Positions 60,541 to 64,000 of a stretch of DNA of 64,000 nt are shown here, piece by piece; within the stretch, counting starts at the first letter, position 1; each line of letters opens with the position of its first letter. The translations under genes and the position numbers were made by a program. The stretch is from an uncultured Actinomycetes bacterium (lineage in GTDB: Bacteria; Actinomycetota; Thermoleophilia; Gaiellales; Gaiellaceae): NCBI GenBank assembly GCA_963706915.1, contig CAVPOH010000009.1, positions 126,765-190,764 of the forward strand, in the 5' to 3' direction. The notes below the pieces were generated by a model. That model was not told the DNA's origin and searched no databases. It saw only the letters and a list, made by a program, of their open reading frames with translations.

Positions 60541-60990
60541 CAGGGCCCCCGAGTTCGACCTCGAGGAGGCCGCGGGCAAGCCGCGGGTGAGGCTCTCGGA
60601 CTACATCGGGCGCTCGAACGTGCTGCTCGTCTTCCATCCGTTCGCGTTCACCGCGATCTGCGCCGAGGAGGCGATGGACCTCCAGGAGAACCTCGAGTCG
60701 TTCCGCAACGCGAACACCGAGATCGTCTTCGTCTCATGCGACGCCTCCGCGGCGCGCCAGGCATGGAAGAAGGAGCTCGGGGCCGAGTACACGTTCGCCT
60801 CCGACTTCTGGACGCACGGCGAGCCGCGAAGCGCTACGGCGTGTTCAACGAGGAGACCGGGGCCCCGATCCGCGGGACATTCCTGATCGACCGCGACGGG
60901 ACCGTGATCTGGTCGCTCGTCAAGGACGACGGGACGCGCCGGACCGAGATGGTGCCGGACTCGCTCGAGACGCTGCACGAGGAGACGTGA
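60521..60990 (+). CDS. ahpE: AhpE/BCP-like 1-Cys peroxiredoxin (frameshift near 60825)
   Basis: APEFDL, FHPFAFTAIC, SDFWTHG, then YGVFNE..RGTFLIDRDG in a shifted frame. Confidence 0.8.
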
Positions 60991-61035
60991 GCTCGAGCCG
61001 GCGCGCGGGCGGCAGTGACACCCGGCGGTCGCGAC

Positions 61036-61136
61036 GTATGCGCGCCGGACACGGAGTCGGCACGAAGCCGGCACCCTCCCGTCCGTGGTCGGCGGGTACG
61101 GTGACTCCAGGGGGCCTCGCACCCCCCTTGGGGGGC
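61036..61136 (+). repeat. Dispersed promoter/sRNA-like element, copy C (more diverged)
   Basis: GACACGGAGTC-GGCACGAAGCC-GGCACCCTCCC-GTCCGTGGTCG, 5 nt, then TACGGT-GACTCCAGGG..CCCCTTGGGGGG. Confidence 0.65.
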
Positions 61137-61236
61137 GCGGACCGGGATCGCGCGAGCGGGGATCGTCCACCTGATTGGGGTCCACGGCGAGCGACCCGTC
61201 GGCCGACCCGACCGATCCGCCCAATGCCTCCGCCTG

Positions 61237-62035
61237 GTGACCGACGGCCACCACCGCGCGCCAGCGGCGCGCGCTCCATGTCCGCACCTGGGGCGACGAC
61301 GGCGCGCCAGAGGTCGTCTGCCTGCACGGCGTCACGGCGTGGGGCGGGCACTTCGCCGGGCTCGCCGAGCGGCTCGCCGGGACGCACCGGGTCCTCGCGC
61401 CCGACCTGCTCGGCCACGGGGACTCGCCGCGCGAGCCGCCGTGGCGCATCGACGACCACCTCGCGAGCCTCGGCGCCTCGGTCGGCGACGGGCGGCGCGC
61501 CTGGCTGGGCCACTCGTTCGGCGCGCGACTCGCCTTCGAGCACGCCGCGGCGCGTCCCGGACGAGGTCGACCGCCTCGTGCTCCTCGACCCCGCGATCCT
61601 GCTCCCCGGCCACGTCGCCCTCTGGGCGGCCGAGAACGGCCGGGCGGAGCGGCGCTACGCCACCTTCGAGGAGGCGATCGAGCGCCGCTACGAGGAGAGC
61701 CAGCTCCATCGGGCGCCGCGCGCGCTGGTCGAGGATGAGCTTCGCGGCCATCTCGAGGAGGACACCGACGGGTGGCGATACCGCTACACGCAGGCCGCGG
61801 TCGTCACGGCGTACTCGGAGATGGCGACTGAGCCGGCGCCATTCGCCTCGGTGCGGATCCCGACGCTCCTCGTCCTCGGCCAGGACTCGTACCTGCCGTA
61901 CGACCACCTCCTCGACGCGGCACCGCGACGCCGCTCGGCGACCTGCTCGAGATCGTCACCGTGCCGGGCGGGCACACGGTGCTCTGGGACGCGCTCGACG
62001 AGACGGCGAGCGCGATCGCCACGTTCCTCGCCTGA
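61237..62035 (+). CDS. Alpha/beta hydrolase (LipV-like; several frameshifts)
   Basis: CLHGVT, PDLLGHG, GHSFG nucleophile elbow, LVLLDPA, GHTVLWD spread over three frames. Confidence 0.82.
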
Positions 62036-62069
62036 CGTCGCGCGCCGGGCACCCGGATCGCTCGGCGGC

Positions 62070-63426
62070 TCAGCCCTCGTAGTGCTCGTCCGTGAGCGCG
62101 AGGACGTCGTCGAGGATCGCGACGCCCTCCTCGGCCTCCTCGCGCGTGATCGTCAGCGGCGGCACGATCATGATCACGTTCCAGTGCGTCATCAGGTAGA
62201 GGCCGCGCTCGAGCGCCGCCTTGACGAGACGCGTGACCGGCGCCGCCGCCTCGCCCGACGCGTTGAACGGGACGAGCATCTCCTTCGTCTCGCGGTTCTT
62301 CACGAGCTCGAGGCCGAAGAAGCAGCCCAGCCCGCGCACGTCGCCGATCGACGGGTGGCGCTCTGCCAGCCCGCCGAGCGCCTCGGCGAACCAGTCGCCC
62401 ATCGCCGCGGCGTTCTCGACGACGCCCTCCTCCCTGAAGGCCTCGATCGAGGCGACGGCGGACGCGCACGCGAGCGGATGCCCTGCGTAGGTCAGGCCGC
62501 CCGGGAAGAACCGGTCGCTGATCGCCTCGACGATCTCGCCGCGCGCGATCATCGCGCCGAGCGGGACATAGCCCGGAGTTGATGCCCTTCGCCACGGTGA
62601 TGATGTCCGGGACGACGTCCCAGTGGTCGCACGCGAACCACCGGCCGGTGCGCCCGAACCCGGCCATCACCTCGTCGAGGATCAGCAGGATCCCGTGCCG
62701 GTCGCAGACCTCGCGGACCGCCTGCAGGTACCCGTCGGGCGGCGGGATGATCCCGTTCGTCCCGACGACCGTCTCGAGGATGACCGCGGCGACCGTCTGC
62801 GGCCCCTCGTACTGGAGGATCTCCTCGAGGTGCGGCGCGCCCGTGCAGACCGGGCATGGGTCCGGATGGCCGGCCGGGCACCGGTAGGTGTACGGGTCGA
62901 GCATCCGGACGACGCCGGGCATGCCCGGCTCGACGGCCCAGCGGCGGGGATCGCCGGTCAGCGTCACGGCGCCGTTCGTCGCTCCGTGGTAGGAGCGGTA
63001 CCGGGCGACGATCTTGTTCCGGCCGGTGTAGAGGCGGGCGAGCTTGACGGCGTTCTCGTTCGCCTCCGCGCCGCCGTTCGTGAAGAACGAGACGGAGAGG
63101 TCGCCGGGCGTGACCTCCGCGAGCATGCGGCCGAGGCGCGAGCGCGACTCGTTCGCCATCGGCGGGCCGATCGTGCAGAGCTGGTCGGCCTGGTCCTTGA
63201 TCGCCTGGATGATCTTCGGGTGCTGGTGGCCGATGTTGACGTTGACGAGCTGCGAGGCGAAGTCCAGGTAGCGCTTCCCGTCGTAATCCCAGAAATGACG
63301 GCCCTCGGCACCGGCGACCGGGATCGGGTTGATCTGGCTCTGCACCGACCACGAGTAGAGGACGTGCTCCTTCGCGTCCGCGACGATCTGGGCACCGAGG
63401 TTCGGGTTCGCCTCGACGATGGCCAT
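62070..63426 (-). CDS. Class III PLP aminotransferase (omega-amine/taurine:pyruvate type; frameshift near 62570)
   Basis: YLDFASQL, TNGGAEANE, SYHGAT, DEVMAGFGRTG, AKGINSG, GLTYAGHP. Confidence 0.9.
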
Positions 63427-63525
63427 CTCCACGCTCCTTCGCTTCGCTCCGCGCCGATGGTATCGCCGTTCGCAGCGGGCTCGATCCCGTGGCTTGTCGG
63501 CGTCGGCGAATCCCGTCAGGATCCG

Positions 63526-64000
63526 ATGATGGCGATCATCGAGTCCTCCTCGACCGACGTCCTCCTCGAGCGCGAGGAGCCGCTCGCGACGCTCCACGCG
63601 GCGTTCGCCGGCGCCGCCGCCGGACAGGGGCGGCTCGTCTTCGTCGGCGGGGAGGCGGGCGTCGGGAAGACGTCCCTCGTCCGGCCGCTTCTGCGCCGAG
63701 CTCCCGGCGGGAACGAGCGCTCTTCTGGGGAGGGTGCGACCCGCTCGCGACGCCGCGACCGCTCGGGCCGTTCCTCGAGATCGCCGAGAGCGCGGGCCGG
63801 GATCGACGGCAGTCCTCGATCCGTGGAGCGCGCCCCACAACGTCGCCGCCGCGGTCCTCGAGCTCGTCCAGCGCGCGCGACGCCGTCGTCGTGATCGAGG
63901 ACGCGCACTGGGCGGACGAGGGCACGCTGGACGTGCTGCGGATCTTCGCCCGGAGGCTCCCGACGACGTCGTGCCTCGTCGCTCGTCACGTACCGCGACG
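63526..64000 (+). CDS. AAA+ ATPase of a LuxR/MalT-like regulator, N-terminal part (frameshifted, runs off the window)
   Basis: LLEREEPL, GEAGVGKTSLV, and VIEDAHWADEGTLD in a later frame. Confidence 0.8.

Noticed and set aside
60991-61236. SRP RNA, RNase P RNA or tmRNA
   Set aside because: The hallmark motifs (GGAAGGAAGCAG loop, GGAAAGTCC, tRNA-like ends) were not found on either strand

Overview
Very GC-rich (by eye about 70% or more) chromosomal segment of an actinobacterium; gene content and style suggest Thermoleophilia/Gaiellales (inference). It carries a complete nuoA-N complex I operon divergent from an ErpA/IscA Fe-S carrier, a secreted LecA-like protein, an Opp/Dpp ABC operon, and an MBL hydrolase-DUF1028-cupin/TPR-TrpB2 operon. 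It also carries Mrp, a two-sulfatase/FGE/HAD cluster, transporters, a YhaM-like nuclease, a shortened YchF, an ANT(9)/AadA-like gene, mce, clpP, NAD salvage genes, pabB/pabC, pgi, a lactate monooxygenase-like gene, an M20 hydrolase, a TDO-family gene, rarA, ahpE and a class III aminotransferase. I saw no tRNA, rRNA, CRISPR array or transposase. About a dozen otherwise intact genes are broken by small frameshifts, densest after 54 kb; these look like long-read indel errors. The most interesting unexplained signal is a non-coding element in three dispersed copies (about 40.5, 45.9 and 61.1 kb). Each copy has 11-bp-phased direct repeats, a TAnnGT -10-like hexamer and a GC hairpin followed by a G-rich tract, which suggests a winged-helix (SARP/OmpR-like) activated promoter, possibly driving small RNAs. 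Also notable: a 6C-like sRNA candidate at 30.0 kb, pervasive leaderless and bidirectional promoters, and a CTG-start gene missing from the ORF track.
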